64,000 nt of DNA from a virus. The DNA is taken from IMG/VR virus record IMGVR_UViG_3300017917_002068, positions 32,001 through 96,000 of that record. One strand, 5' to 3'. Made by a program: the position numbers and the translations under genes. This document shows positions 38,850-47,392 of the stretch, in pieces. Within the stretch, counting starts at the first letter, position 1. Each line of letters starts with the position of its first letter. The notes under the pieces were generated by a model, which saw only the letters and a program-made list of their open reading frames with translations, ran no database searches and was not told the DNA's origin.

Positions 38850-39344
38850 ATGGCAAATTGGAAGGTATCACCGTATTACAAAAAATCTTGCGAAGAGCAC
38901 GAACAGTATTTCAAAGACGGTCAAATGATCGTTCGAAAAACGGGTTATAGAGGGGCAAGTTTTTATGTAGAAACCACCGACGATAATCCTCCAGAATTTG
39001 AATTTGATTTTGTTCCCGGTGGTGATGGTCGCAAAGACAGCATTGACATGTATAACTGTTATGGCAACAACATCGAGAACGTTGAATTAGATTCGATGTG
39101 GGACGGCTGTTGGGAAGATATTGAGTTTCCGGAAGAGTTCGACGAAGATGAAAAAGAACGTCTAATGGAAATGATCGAAGAAGAAGGCATCTACGAAGTT
39201 CTTGAAGGTAACGAAGGATGGAGCCAGAATGAATGTCAAGCATGGATATGGGGTCCTATTCTTATCGAAGACGAGAACGGAAATCAGGTTCGTATCATTG
39301 TAGCTGACGAAGATGGCAATGTTGTGGATTACGAGGAAGAATAA
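38850..39344 (+). CDS. Highly acidic hypothetical protein
   Basis: AGGAG SD; D/E-rich sequence. Confidence 0.65.
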   Translation: MANWKVSPYYKKSCEEHEQYFKDGQMIVRKTGYRGASFYVETTDDNPPEFEFDFVPGGDGRKDSIDMYNCYGNNIENVELDSMWDGCWEDIEFPEEFDEDEKERLMEMIEEEGIYEVLEGNEGWSQNECQAWIWGPILIEDENGNQVRIIVADEDGNVVDYEEE

Positions 39345-39574
39345 TGAACTCTGCAGAACAAGCAACAGCATTTATAGATAGAGTAAAAAATCTTAGAACG
39401 TTTGAAGTTAAGCGTATATTAGACGAGCCTCTTGAATTTAGAGGTGGGCGCATTCCGTTTGATATCAAGGCTAATCAAGATTGTGCATGGTTCCAAGTCG
39501 TGGCTGTGTCTCAAAAAGAAGCCGAAGAAATGGTAGATCGTTGGATGCAAGGGGACGATGATTACTCCGCTTAA
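39344..39574 (+). CDS. Hypothetical protein
   Basis: 76 aa coupled ORF. Confidence 0.5.
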   Translation: MNSAEQATAFIDRVKNLRTFEVKRILDEPLEFRGGRIPFDIKANQDCAWFQVVAVSQKEAEEMVDRWMQGDDDYSA

Positions 39575-39995
39575 AGACGAATTGATGGTACAGCAACAGT
39601 TACCATCAAAGGAGCCAAGAATTCGTGCATGGCAACATATGGTGGCAGTGATCATGTTAAACCAAACTGGCAGGAAACCTGTAAAAAAGGTATTGCCTCA
39701 ATTCCTAAATCGATGGTCACGACCTTCTCAGTTTATGAAAGCCAATCCAAGTGAGGTTCAAGAAGTAATCAAACCTTTGGGTATGTTAAATGTTAGAACT
39801 AAAAGATTGCTAAGAATGACTGTAGATTTCTTGACTTGGGACGGAAATGATGCTACAATGTTATATGGAATAGGAAAATACGGTAGTGACAGTTATGAAA
39901 TCTTTTTCAAACAAAACTACAGTGTAGAACCTACTGATAAAGAACTGAAGCGATATCTCGCTGAGGAGATTTTTAATGTTGCTGAAGCTACTTGA
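39558..39995 (+). CDS. HhH DNA glycosylase, MBD4-like
   Basis: WQHMVAVIMLNQT..IKPLGM..R.KRL..LYGIGKYGSDSYEIF..PTDKELKRY. Confidence 0.8.
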   Translation: MITPLKDELMVQQQLPSKEPRIRAWQHMVAVIMLNQTGRKPVKKVLPQFLNRWSRPSQFMKANPSEVQEVIKPLGMLNVRTKRLLRMTVDFLTWDGNDATMLYGIGKYGSDSYEIFFKQNYSVEPTDKELKRYLAEEIFNVAEAT

Positions 39996-40440
39996 ACGAC
40001 TAGGTCGCAAACGTATCATTTTTGATCGTGTGCATAACGAACCGTATCTGGAAAGATATTATCTCTTTCTGAAAGAACGAGAAAGTTTTCCTTTTAATGT
40101 GTTTTTACACAAATTTTTAAAAGGTGATCCAGATGATGTTCATGATCATCCTTGGCCATATGCTACACTTATCTTGAAAGGTGGCTACTATGAATGGGTT
40201 CCGCAATTTAATACAGACGGCACAAAGAGTTGCGAAGTTCGCCATTGGCGTGGCCCTGGTCATTTTCGTATTTGCAGTCCTAATAGCTATCATCGCATCG
40301 AATTAAAAGAAGGCGTAACTGCATGGACTTTGTTTATGCCTGGCCCTCACAAACGTGATTGGGGATTTTTAGTTAATAATAAATGGATTCAACACGAACA
40401 ATACCTTAAGGAAAGATATGAACAAGCTCGTAATCAGTAA
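39976..40440 (+). CDS. Cupin-fold protein
   Basis: HDHPW..LILKGGYYE..HRIEL..WTLF. Confidence 0.7.
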   Translation: MLLKLLERLGRKRIIFDRVHNEPYLERYYLFLKERESFPFNVFLHKFLKGDPDDVHDHPWPYATLILKGGYYEWVPQFNTDGTKSCEVRHWRGPGHFRICSPNSYHRIELKEGVTAWTLFMPGPHKRDWGFLVNNKWIQHEQYLKERYEQARNQ

Positions 40441-41005
40441 TGAGCAGTTAAAGGGGTTGATCTCTAAACTCTGTAGAGATATCTCAAACAGTGGTTGGCG
40501 TCCCGACTATGTGGTAGGAATTACACGAGGTGGATTGATTCCTGCTGTCATGATCAGTCATTATCTCGGTGTTCCTTGTGAAACTCTAAAAGTTAGCCTC
40601 AGAGACGGCGGAGAACCGGAAAGTAATCTTTGGATGGCTGAAGACGCTTATGGTTATGTTAGAGATGAACGAGTTGTTGAGGATGAAAACGATGTCGGAG
40701 CAATTCTGGAAGCTGCGTCCGATTTATTGGAAAACGGCGATCGATACAAAAATATCCTTATCGTCGATGATATCAACGATACTGGTTCTACATTTAATTG
40801 GATCATACAAGATTGGCCTAGCGGATGTTTTCCCCGCGATCCTTCATGGAACGACGTATGGAACAATAACGTTAAGTTTGCTGTATTAGTAGATAATCAA
40901 GCAAGCAAATGTAATGTAAAAATGGATTATTCTGCTATGGAAATCAACAAAGCAGAGAAAGATGTCTGGGTTGATTTTCCCTGGGAAGATTGGTGGGCGA
41001 AATGA
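40418..41005 (+). CDS. Type I purine phosphoribosyltransferase (Gpt-like)
   Basis: VVGITRGGLIPA, ILIVDDINDTGST, WVDFPWE. Confidence 0.88.
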   Translation: MNKLVISNEQLKGLISKLCRDISNSGWRPDYVVGITRGGLIPAVMISHYLGVPCETLKVSLRDGGEPESNLWMAEDAYGYVRDERVVEDENDVGAILEAASDLLENGDRYKNILIVDDINDTGSTFNWIIQDWPSGCFPRDPSWNDVWNNNVKFAVLVDNQASKCNVKMDYSAMEINKAEKDVWVDFPWEDWWAK

Positions 41006-41229
41006 TTGATGCTAAAATAAAAATACATTGTACTGATAACGGTAAAGATGTAGATGCTCATATTCTTAATTACAAGCCCAAAGCCTTTTTAGAAGTAGCA
41101 TTTCAAACTGTAAAATTAAGAATGGTGTATAAAGAAAATACTCGAGTATTTTTTGGTAGCTTAATGGGCAGAGAGTTTGTTGTTAAAGAAGATGCGTTAC
41201 CAGGAGAACGTAAGGAGTACCAACGATGA
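41002..41229 (+). CDS. Hypothetical protein
   Basis: Coupled ORF. Confidence 0.5.
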   Translation: MIDAKIKIHCTDNGKDVDAHILNYKPKAFLEVAFQTVKLRMVYKENTRVFFGSLMGREFVVKEDALPGERKEYQR

Positions 41230-41627
41230 AACAAAACGACACCAATAAAGTAATGCTAGGACAACCTGCATTTATCGAAGATAGTAATGCACCATGGGAT
41301 AACGTTGTCGAAGAAGACTTTCACGTTAAGGTATTTTTAGACAAGTATCCTGTTACAGAAGGACATCTTCTATTTGTACCTAAATATAATACTGTTCATG
41401 TGTTAATGGATTGTTTTGAAACCGCTGTACAAGACGGAATCAAAAGAGTCCATGATGGAGAATGGGACGGATTCAACGTAGGTTTCAATTACGGTCAAGC
41501 TGCAGGTCAGACTGTTGAATGGCCGCATGTACATCTCATTCCACGACGTGCAGGAGATATGGAAGATCCTACAGGCGGTGTTCGTCATGTCATTCCAGAA
41601 AAAGGTAACTATAAAAAAGGAAAATAA
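41226..41627 (+). CDS. HIT-family nucleotide hydrolase
   Basis: DKYPVTEGHLLFVPK, AGQTVEWPHVHLIPR (first His of the triad replaced by W). Confidence 0.85.
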   Translation: MKQNDTNKVMLGQPAFIEDSNAPWDNVVEEDFHVKVFLDKYPVTEGHLLFVPKYNTVHVLMDCFETAVQDGIKRVHDGEWDGFNVGFNYGQAAGQTVEWPHVHLIPRRAGDMEDPTGGVRHVIPEKGNYKKGK

Positions 41628-41628
41628 A

Positions 41629-41820
41629 ATGCAGGTACGAGTAAGTGAAAAAATTGGAACTTGTGGTTGTGGTCGTAGTCCTACCGGAGATTGTATCGGT
41701 TGGCACGGCCTAGAAGAAGGTGAATATAGAGAAAAACTTGCCGAGTGGGAATTAGAAGACTATAAACGTAGAGCTAAAGAAACTTGGAACGATTCATGTA
41801 CATCAGAGAGGAAAGAATGA
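41629..41820 (+). CDS. CDGSH-like Fe-S/zinc finger small protein
   Basis: CGCGRSPTGDCIGWH. Confidence 0.55.
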   Translation: MQVRVSEKIGTCGCGRSPTGDCIGWHGLEEGEYREKLAEWELEDYKRRAKETWNDSCTSERKE

Positions 41821-42020
41821 GAAAAGAAATTATTGGAACATTAAAGCAGCATTTTGAAGCACACATTCTAAAGCATAAAATGAATGTTGATATTATGTTA
41901 GCTAATCCTATGGCTATCCATGATCACACCGATCTTATGGATGCTATTGAGAAAGAAATAGATCAGATAGCAGAATACATGGATAAGCTAGAAGTCATGG
42001 AAAAATATTTCAGTGAATAA
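41817..42020 (+). CDS. Hypothetical coiled-coil protein
   Basis: Coupled ORF. Confidence 0.55.
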   Translation: MRKEIIGTLKQHFEAHILKHKMNVDIMLANPMAIHDHTDLMDAIEKEIDQIAEYMDKLEVMEKYFSE

Positions 42021-42207
42021 AGTTACTGTCCCGTGGCAAAGTCAAACCAACGAATGGTGGAATGAGACCTGTGCCACAATCGTTGAACATTTTGGTCTTC
42101 CTGGCGGAAAATATGTAACTAACGTTAATACTGAATGTATGGATTTTATTTTTTATAATGATCATGATGCATTAATGTGTAAATTATTAGTAAGCGAGCA
42201 TGTGTGA
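42013..42207 (+). CDS. Hypothetical protein
   Basis: GTG start; ends FYNDHDALMCKL. Confidence 0.5.
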   Translation: MNKVTVPWQSQTNEWWNETCATIVEHFGLPGGKYVTNVNTECMDFIFYNDHDALMCKLLVSEHV

Positions 42208-42449
42208 AAGAAAAAATCATCATAGGAATAGCTCTTATATTTTCTGTTTTAATTTTAGTGTTATCTGACTTTGGTCAAAACAGGACTGTAATTTATGATT
42301 GCCGAGATGCACATTGGCATCCAGATATCCCTATTGAAGTTAAAAGAGAATGCAGCAGATTAATGTATGAAGAATGGAAAAGAGAATACGATGAAAGAAA
42401 AAATGATCCGAGCTTACATGAAAACCGCAGAGATCTTCTCAGAACTTAG
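42204..42449 (+). CDS. Membrane-anchored small protein
   Basis: N-terminal TM; YDC...HPDIPIEVKREC. Confidence 0.5.
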   Translation: MKEKIIIGIALIFSVLILVLSDFGQNRTVIYDCRDAHWHPDIPIEVKRECSRLMYEEWKREYDERKNDPSLHENRRDLLRT

Positions 42450-42864
42450 TCATGCTCGCAGATTACACGTAGGTGCCATTGTAGTTAAAGATGATAGAAT
42501 TATCTCTATTGGCTATAATGGTATGCCAGCAGGGTGGGACAATAATTGCGAGTACGAAGATATTGGATTTGGTGATGCAGTGTTTGGAGAGTCACAATCT
42601 CTAATTAATAGAGGGTTGAAAACAAGACCAGAGGTTTTACACGCAGAGTCAAACGCCATAGCAAAATTAGCTCGTAGTAACGAATCTGGTCTAGGTGCCG
42701 ATATCTTTATTACACACAGCCCCTGTATTGAATGTGCTAAACTAATTTTTCAAAGCGGTATTACTCGTGTTTGGTTTGGTGAAAATTATAGAAATACTGA
42801 CGGCATCGAATTTCTTAAAAAATCAGGAGTAAAAGTTGAACAATATGAAGACTTGGACTCTTAG
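42391..42864 (+). CDS. dCMP deaminase
   Basis: VGAIVV, GYNG, HAESNAI, PCIEC. Confidence 0.9.
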   Translation: MKEKMIRAYMKTAEIFSELSHARRLHVGAIVVKDDRIISIGYNGMPAGWDNNCEYEDIGFGDAVFGESQSLINRGLKTRPEVLHAESNAIAKLARSNESGLGADIFITHSPCIECAKLIFQSGITRVWFGENYRNTDGIEFLKKSGVKVEQYEDLDS

Positions 42865-43054
42865 CATAGAGGAAGATCCAATTTCCGGAGATGGTATTTT
42901 GACTTTTCCTCCGGACCTATTAAGTGAAGCAGGTTGGTCAGAAGGGGATAGTATTCACTGGATCGATAATCAAGACGGTTCTTGGAGTCTTGTCAAAGAA
43001 GAAGACTTGACAAACTTCATTAAAAAAGGTATAATAAAGAATGAGCAAAATTAA
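42845..43054 (+). CDS. AbrB/MazE-like DNA-binding protein
   Basis: GILTFPPDLLSEAGWSEGDSIHW. Confidence 0.6.
   Translation: MKTWTLSIEEDPISGDGILTFPPDLLSEAGWSEGDSIHWIDNQDGSWSLVKEEDLTNFIKKGIIKNEQN
43007..43035 (+). promoter_or_regulatory. Consensus sigma70 promoter for queE, inside the upstream CDS
   Basis: TTGACA-17 nt-TATAAT; ATG 5 nt downstream. Confidence 0.8.
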
Positions 43055-43892
43055 AATCGCAGAGCTGTTTTACAGCATTCAAGGTGAAGGACGCTATATG
43101 GGTGTTCCTTCTGTTTTCTTACGTACATTTGGTTGTAACTTTAAATGTGCAGGCTTTGGTATGCCCAAAGGTGAATTAAGTAAAGAAATTGAAGATATCG
43201 CAGCTAGAGTTCATTACTTTAACAAATATGAAGAACTTCCATTGGTATCTACTGGCTGTGACAGTTATGCTAGTTGGGATCCACGTTTTAAAGACCTTTC
43301 ACCAATGCTCACAACAGACGCCATCGCAGAAAGATGTAGTGAGATTCTGCCTTTCGGTGAATGGAAAGACGAGCATTTAGTTATCACTGGCGGAGAACCT
43401 TTACTGGGTTGGCAACGTGCTTATCCAGATCTATTAGATCATCCTAAGATGAAAAATCTTAGAGAGATTACATTCGAAACTAATGGTACTCAAAAACTAA
43501 GCCCAGAATTTAAACAATATCTGCTTAATTGGGGTATGGAGAATCGAGGCTATCATAAATTAACATTTAGCGTCAGCGCCAAACTAAGCTGTTCTGGAGA
43601 AGAACGTCACGAGGCCATTAGACCGGACGTTGTATGCGAATACGAAGAAGTTGGTTATACATATCTTAAATTTGTCATTGCCACCGAGGAAGATGCAGAG
43701 GAAGCATTAGAAACTTTAGACATTTATCGTGCAGAGGGATTTAGTGGTCCTTGCTATTTGATGCCTGTGGGAGGTGTTGAAAGTGTTTATACATTGAATA
43801 ATCGCCGTGTAGCAGAACTAGCAATGAAAAACGGTCTTCGTTACAGCGACAGACTGCAAGTGCCTTTGTTTAAAAATGAGTGGGGTACATAA
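43041..43892 (+). CDS. queE: 7-carboxy-7-deazaguanine synthase (radical SAM)
   Basis: ELFYSIQGEG, FLRTFGCNFKC..CDS, ITGGEP, FETNGT, SVSAK, RLQVPL. Confidence 0.9.
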   Translation: MSKIKIAELFYSIQGEGRYMGVPSVFLRTFGCNFKCAGFGMPKGELSKEIEDIAARVHYFNKYEELPLVSTGCDSYASWDPRFKDLSPMLTTDAIAERCSEILPFGEWKDEHLVITGGEPLLGWQRAYPDLLDHPKMKNLREITFETNGTQKLSPEFKQYLLNWGMENRGYHKLTFSVSAKLSCSGEERHEAIRPDVVCEYEEVGYTYLKFVIATEEDAEEALETLDIYRAEGFSGPCYLMPVGGVESVYTLNNRRVAELAMKNGLRYSDRLQVPLFKNEWGT

Positions 43893-44182
43893 TGGAATTA
43901 TGGCAAAAAGTCAAAGACTTTTGGATTCGTAGTTATACCAGTGACCGTCGTGCATTCTATTATGAAACTATTGCCAGTATCTGTGTTTTTATTTCAATGA
44001 CATGGATTAGTGTAACTGCACAACATCCTCCAATGCACTTAATTTACCCTATTAGTTTTGTTGGTGCAGTTTTTAGTATTGCTAGTTTTCTTAGGCGAGG
44101 TGCAGGATGGCCGTTGGTCATGACCTGCTATTTTGCCTGCTTACACGTTTTCGGCTTTGGCCGTGCTATGGGATGGTATTAA
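43892..44182 (+). CDS. 3-TM membrane protein
   Basis: Hydrophobic; similar to 28564..28854. Confidence 0.6.
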   Translation: MELWQKVKDFWIRSYTSDRRAFYYETIASICVFISMTWISVTAQHPPMHLIYPISFVGAVFSIASFLRRGAGWPLVMTCYFACLHVFGFGRAMGWY

Positions 44183-44183
44183 A

Positions 44184-44612
44184 ATGAAAAAATGGTTGAA
44201 AAAAATCACAGGAATTGAAAAATTAGAACAAGAAAAAGAAGAAGCACTTGCTCGAGTAGCAGAAGCCAAAGTTCGAGAGGAAGAAGCTAAAAAAGCAGAA
44301 GAATTAGCAAAGCTGAGTCCAAAAGAAAGAGCCACTGCTAAGGGTGAGCCGTATATCGCAGTGTTAGATACCAAAGTAAATCCGGAAAATATTCGGAACG
44401 GCTTTTTTGAACTTGACTGGAATGACCAATTTGTGCTACAATTAAAACAAGAAGGTTACGGTTTTGACGGAGATCCCGAAGAAGAAATCGTTGATCGTTG
44501 GTTTCGAGATATTGTAAGGCAAATGCTTGAGCAAGAAGGTATGGACACAAATAGGCCCGCAGGTTACATTAACGTAATTCCGATTAATCAAAAACAATCA
44601 GAAGTTTCATGA
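44184..44612 (+). CDS. Hypothetical phage protein
   Basis: KERATAKGEPY..NGFFELDWN..EEIVDRWF. Confidence 0.6.
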   Translation: MKKWLKKITGIEKLEQEKEEALARVAEAKVREEEAKKAEELAKLSPKERATAKGEPYIAVLDTKVNPENIRNGFFELDWNDQFVLQLKQEGYGFDGDPEEEIVDRWFRDIVRQMLEQEGMDTNRPAGYINVIPINQKQSEVS

Positions 44613-45616
44613 CATATATTCTAGTAGATACTGCTAATACATTTTTCCGAGCTAGGCACGTTATAAGAGGCGATGCCGATATTAAGCTCGGAATGGCTTT
44701 TCATATCACGTTAAATTCTATTAAAAAAGCATGGAAAGACTTCGATGGAAGTCATGTGATCTTCTGTTTAGAGGGACGTTCTTGGCGTAAGGATTACTAC
44801 GAGCCATATAAGCGTAATCGATCAGATGCCCGTGCTGCTCTTACTCCTTCGGAACAGGAAGAAGATCAACTATTTTGGGAAGCGTTTGATACTTTTAAAG
44901 AGTTTATCATCGATAAAACAAATTGCACGGTCTTACATAATCCCCAATTAGAAGCAGATGATTTAATTGCTGGATGGATTCAAAATCATCCTAGCGATAA
45001 TCATGTTATTATTTCGACAGACAGTGATTTTGCACAATTGATCGCACCTAATGTTAAACAATATAATGGCGTAATGGAAATGACCATTACACACGAAGGT
45101 TATTTCGACGATAAAGGTAAATCAATCATCGATAAAAAAACTCAATCACCCAAGCCGGCACCAGATCCAGAGTGGCTCTTATTTGAAAAATGCATGCGTG
45201 GTGATACCAGTGATAATGTTTTTTCCGCATATCCGGGTGTTCGTACTAAAGGCACAAGCAAAAAAGTAGGCCTTACAGAAGCATTTGAAGATCGTAAAAG
45301 CAAAGGGTATGCATGGAACAATCTCATGCTTCAGAGATGGACTGATCACGAAGGCAAGGAACACCGAGTGTTAGAAGATTATGAACGAAATCGTAGATTG
45401 ATCGACTTGACACACCAACCCGATCATATTAAAGAAATTATCAATACAACCATACAATCTGCTATCGATCAGAATAAAAATATTAATCAGGTCGGCATTA
45501 GATTAATCAAGTTCTGCAATCTATACGATCTAAAGAAAATTGCCGACCAAGCGCAGCAATATGCCGAACCATTGAATGCGAGATACAACAATGAAAATAA
45601 AACTATGTCGGTATGA
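44609..45616 (+). CDS. 5'-3' exonuclease/RNase H (T4 rnh, FEN-like)
   Basis: ILVDTAN, YKRNR, LEADDLIA, ISTDSDF, GDTSDNV. Confidence 0.9.
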   Translation: MTYILVDTANTFFRARHVIRGDADIKLGMAFHITLNSIKKAWKDFDGSHVIFCLEGRSWRKDYYEPYKRNRSDARAALTPSEQEEDQLFWEAFDTFKEFIIDKTNCTVLHNPQLEADDLIAGWIQNHPSDNHVIISTDSDFAQLIAPNVKQYNGVMEMTITHEGYFDDKGKSIIDKKTQSPKPAPDPEWLLFEKCMRGDTSDNVFSAYPGVRTKGTSKKVGLTEAFEDRKSKGYAWNNLMLQRWTDHEGKEHRVLEDYERNRRLIDLTHQPDHIKEIINTTIQSAIDQNKNINQVGIRLIKFCNLYDLKKIADQAQQYAEPLNARYNNENKTMSV

Positions 45617-45657
45617 TGATAACTGCCTTGAAAGTAAAAAATTGCGGAGGACCTAAA

Positions 45658-46134
45658 ATGACAGACTTACACGCCAAACCAATCATTGATGAAAAATTTT
45701 GGATCGTAGAAAAAGACGGAGAAAAATTTGCCACACTAAGAAAAAACGAAGACAACAGATTTGTTCTTAGTAATGAGACTGGGGTTAAAATTTTTGATAC
45801 TAAAAAAAGTTTAACAGACCAATTCGGAAAAGATTTCTTCATAGCGAAGATTATCAAAGAAAGAACAGATGCACCTGATCTAGAAGTACATGGTTATGCC
45901 TGTTCTAGCATTCCACATAATCCGATGTTCGACATTAAAAAGAAACTACCTCTTTTTACAAAAAGCGAAGATTCAAAAAGTTTATACTGTGCAGGTTATT
46001 ATGTTATTCGATTTGAAAAAGGATGGGTAAAAAGCTTTTGTCCTAAATTGATTACTCTTCAAAGATATCAGTATCAAGGTCCTTTCAAAACAGAATTAGA
46101 AATGAGACAGGTGTTATCAAATGTCAGCAAATAA
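45658..46134 (+). CDS. Hypothetical phage protein
   Basis: GGAGGA SD before the ATG at 45658. Confidence 0.65.
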   Translation: MTDLHAKPIIDEKFWIVEKDGEKFATLRKNEDNRFVLSNETGVKIFDTKKSLTDQFGKDFFIAKIIKERTDAPDLEVHGYACSSIPHNPMFDIKKKLPLFTKSEDSKSLYCAGYYVIRFEKGWVKSFCPKLITLQRYQYQGPFKTELEMRQVLSNVSK

Positions 46135-46369
46135 TATTTCAACAAAACTAACTAGTGTAGAAAAAATAGTTCAAAGATTAGTTTCTGCCGAAAAAAGCAA
46201 TCAGAAAGAAATTAGGCTAACAGTACAAGAAGCTAGAGAAATCGTAACTGATTTAAGTATCCTGACTTCTAAATTGGGCAAACACATTGAAGAAATACAT
46301 GCCAAATTAGATAAAATAGAAGTTGCCAGCAATGAAATCAAGGTGCAGGTCGATGGAGGAACATTCTAA
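46121..46369 (+). CDS. Hypothetical protein
   Basis: 82 aa ORF ending DGGTF. Confidence 0.55.
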   Translation: MSANNISTKLTSVEKIVQRLVSAEKSNQKEIRLTVQEAREIVTDLSILTSKLGKHIEEIHAKLDKIEVASNEIKVQVDGGTF

Positions 46370-46372
46370 GAA

Positions 46373-46380
46373 GATAAATA
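46373..46380 (+). promoter_or_regulatory. Putative late promoter GATAAATA
   Basis: Recurrent intergenic motif. Confidence 0.5.
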
Positions 46381-46410
46381 TATGCGTGTATTATAAAAGA
46401 GAAGAATTAG

Positions 46411-46695
46411 ATGAGCAGACCAAAACCTAAAGTTTTACTTGAATATGCTAATAAAGAAAATTATAGAATCGAGCAAATTCTAGAAGCGGATGCCATTTGG
46501 GCTGTTTTCTATAAGGGTCAGCCGTTTAATCTCAAGAGTGGCAGTTTAGTGGCTAGCTATCCTGGACCTAAATATAAAAAAGTTTCATTTTCAAATCCAG
46601 GACATGCTCGAAACCTAGCTAAAAAACTAAACAAGATGTTTAAGACAACTGACTTTCAAGTTTATAGATTAACTACCGGCGACGTCGTTGAATAA
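46411..46695 (+). CDS. Hypothetical basic protein
   Basis: 94 aa ORF. Confidence 0.65.
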   Translation: MSRPKPKVLLEYANKENYRIEQILEADAIWAVFYKGQPFNLKSGSLVASYPGPKYKKVSFSNPGHARNLAKKLNKMFKTTDFQVYRLTTGDVVE

Positions 46696-47096
46696 TGATT
46701 ACCAAAGAAGGTTTTACTGAAGCTTTTTTAAAAGCTGCTGACATAATACCTACTCCAGAAATTCTAAAAGAAAAAAAAATTCAATGGTGGTTTAACGTCC
46801 GAGACAAAGACGAAGGCGGACTACGCTTAACAGAAGATGGCATAGAATTTATTAAAAATGATGCCGATATCAAAACATATACAATTAAACTTCCCGGACA
46901 CGTTACACTTACTCCACAGATTTTAGTTTGGTTAGATCAACAAATAAAATCACCTTATCATATTACCAAAAAAGAAATAACAGTTCTTTCAGAAAAAGAT
47001 GCCTTTGAACTCTATCTATTTTCGGGCGATGTTAGAAAAATGGGATATTCAAAAGCACTATCAAAAAGATTAAGCCAAGAATCAAGCGAACTCTAA
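46695..47096 (+). CDS. Hypothetical protein
   Basis: 133 aa coupled ORF. Confidence 0.6.
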   Translation: MITKEGFTEAFLKAADIIPTPEILKEKKIQWWFNVRDKDEGGLRLTEDGIEFIKNDADIKTYTIKLPGHVTLTPQILVWLDQQIKSPYHITKKEITVLSEKDAFELYLFSGDVRKMGYSKALSKRLSQESSEL

Positions 47097-47122
47097 ATCA
47101 ACGATTTAAATATTGTGCTATT

Positions 47123-47392
47123 ATGATTACTATTAATCCTTTAGATCATTTGGATAAAAGAAAACTTGAATGGATTCCTGTTCATTTTTTCAAATCAAGA
47201 TTAAACTATCTTTCTGATACTGAGAAAATCAACGATTGGATAAAGTATCGATTGAAGGGTAGATATTGTCTAGTTACTTTACCACATATCGACAAGGATG
47301 AAAAAACAAAATCAGCCACTTTTGTGGCCTTTGAAGAAGAAAAAGAACTAACATATTTTATGTTAGCATGTCCATACTTAAGGAGTTTATAA
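47123..47392 (+). CDS. Hypothetical protein
   Basis: Ends FEEEKELTYFML. Confidence 0.55.
   Translation: MITINPLDHLDKRKLEWIPVHFFKSRLNYLSDTEKINDWIKYRLKGRYCLVTLPHIDKDEKTKSATFVAFEEEKELTYFMLACPYLRSL

Noticed and set aside
42845-43054. Toxin-antitoxin pair around the AbrB/MazE-like gene
   Set aside because: The neighbours are dCMP deaminase and QueE; there is no adjacent toxin-like ORF.
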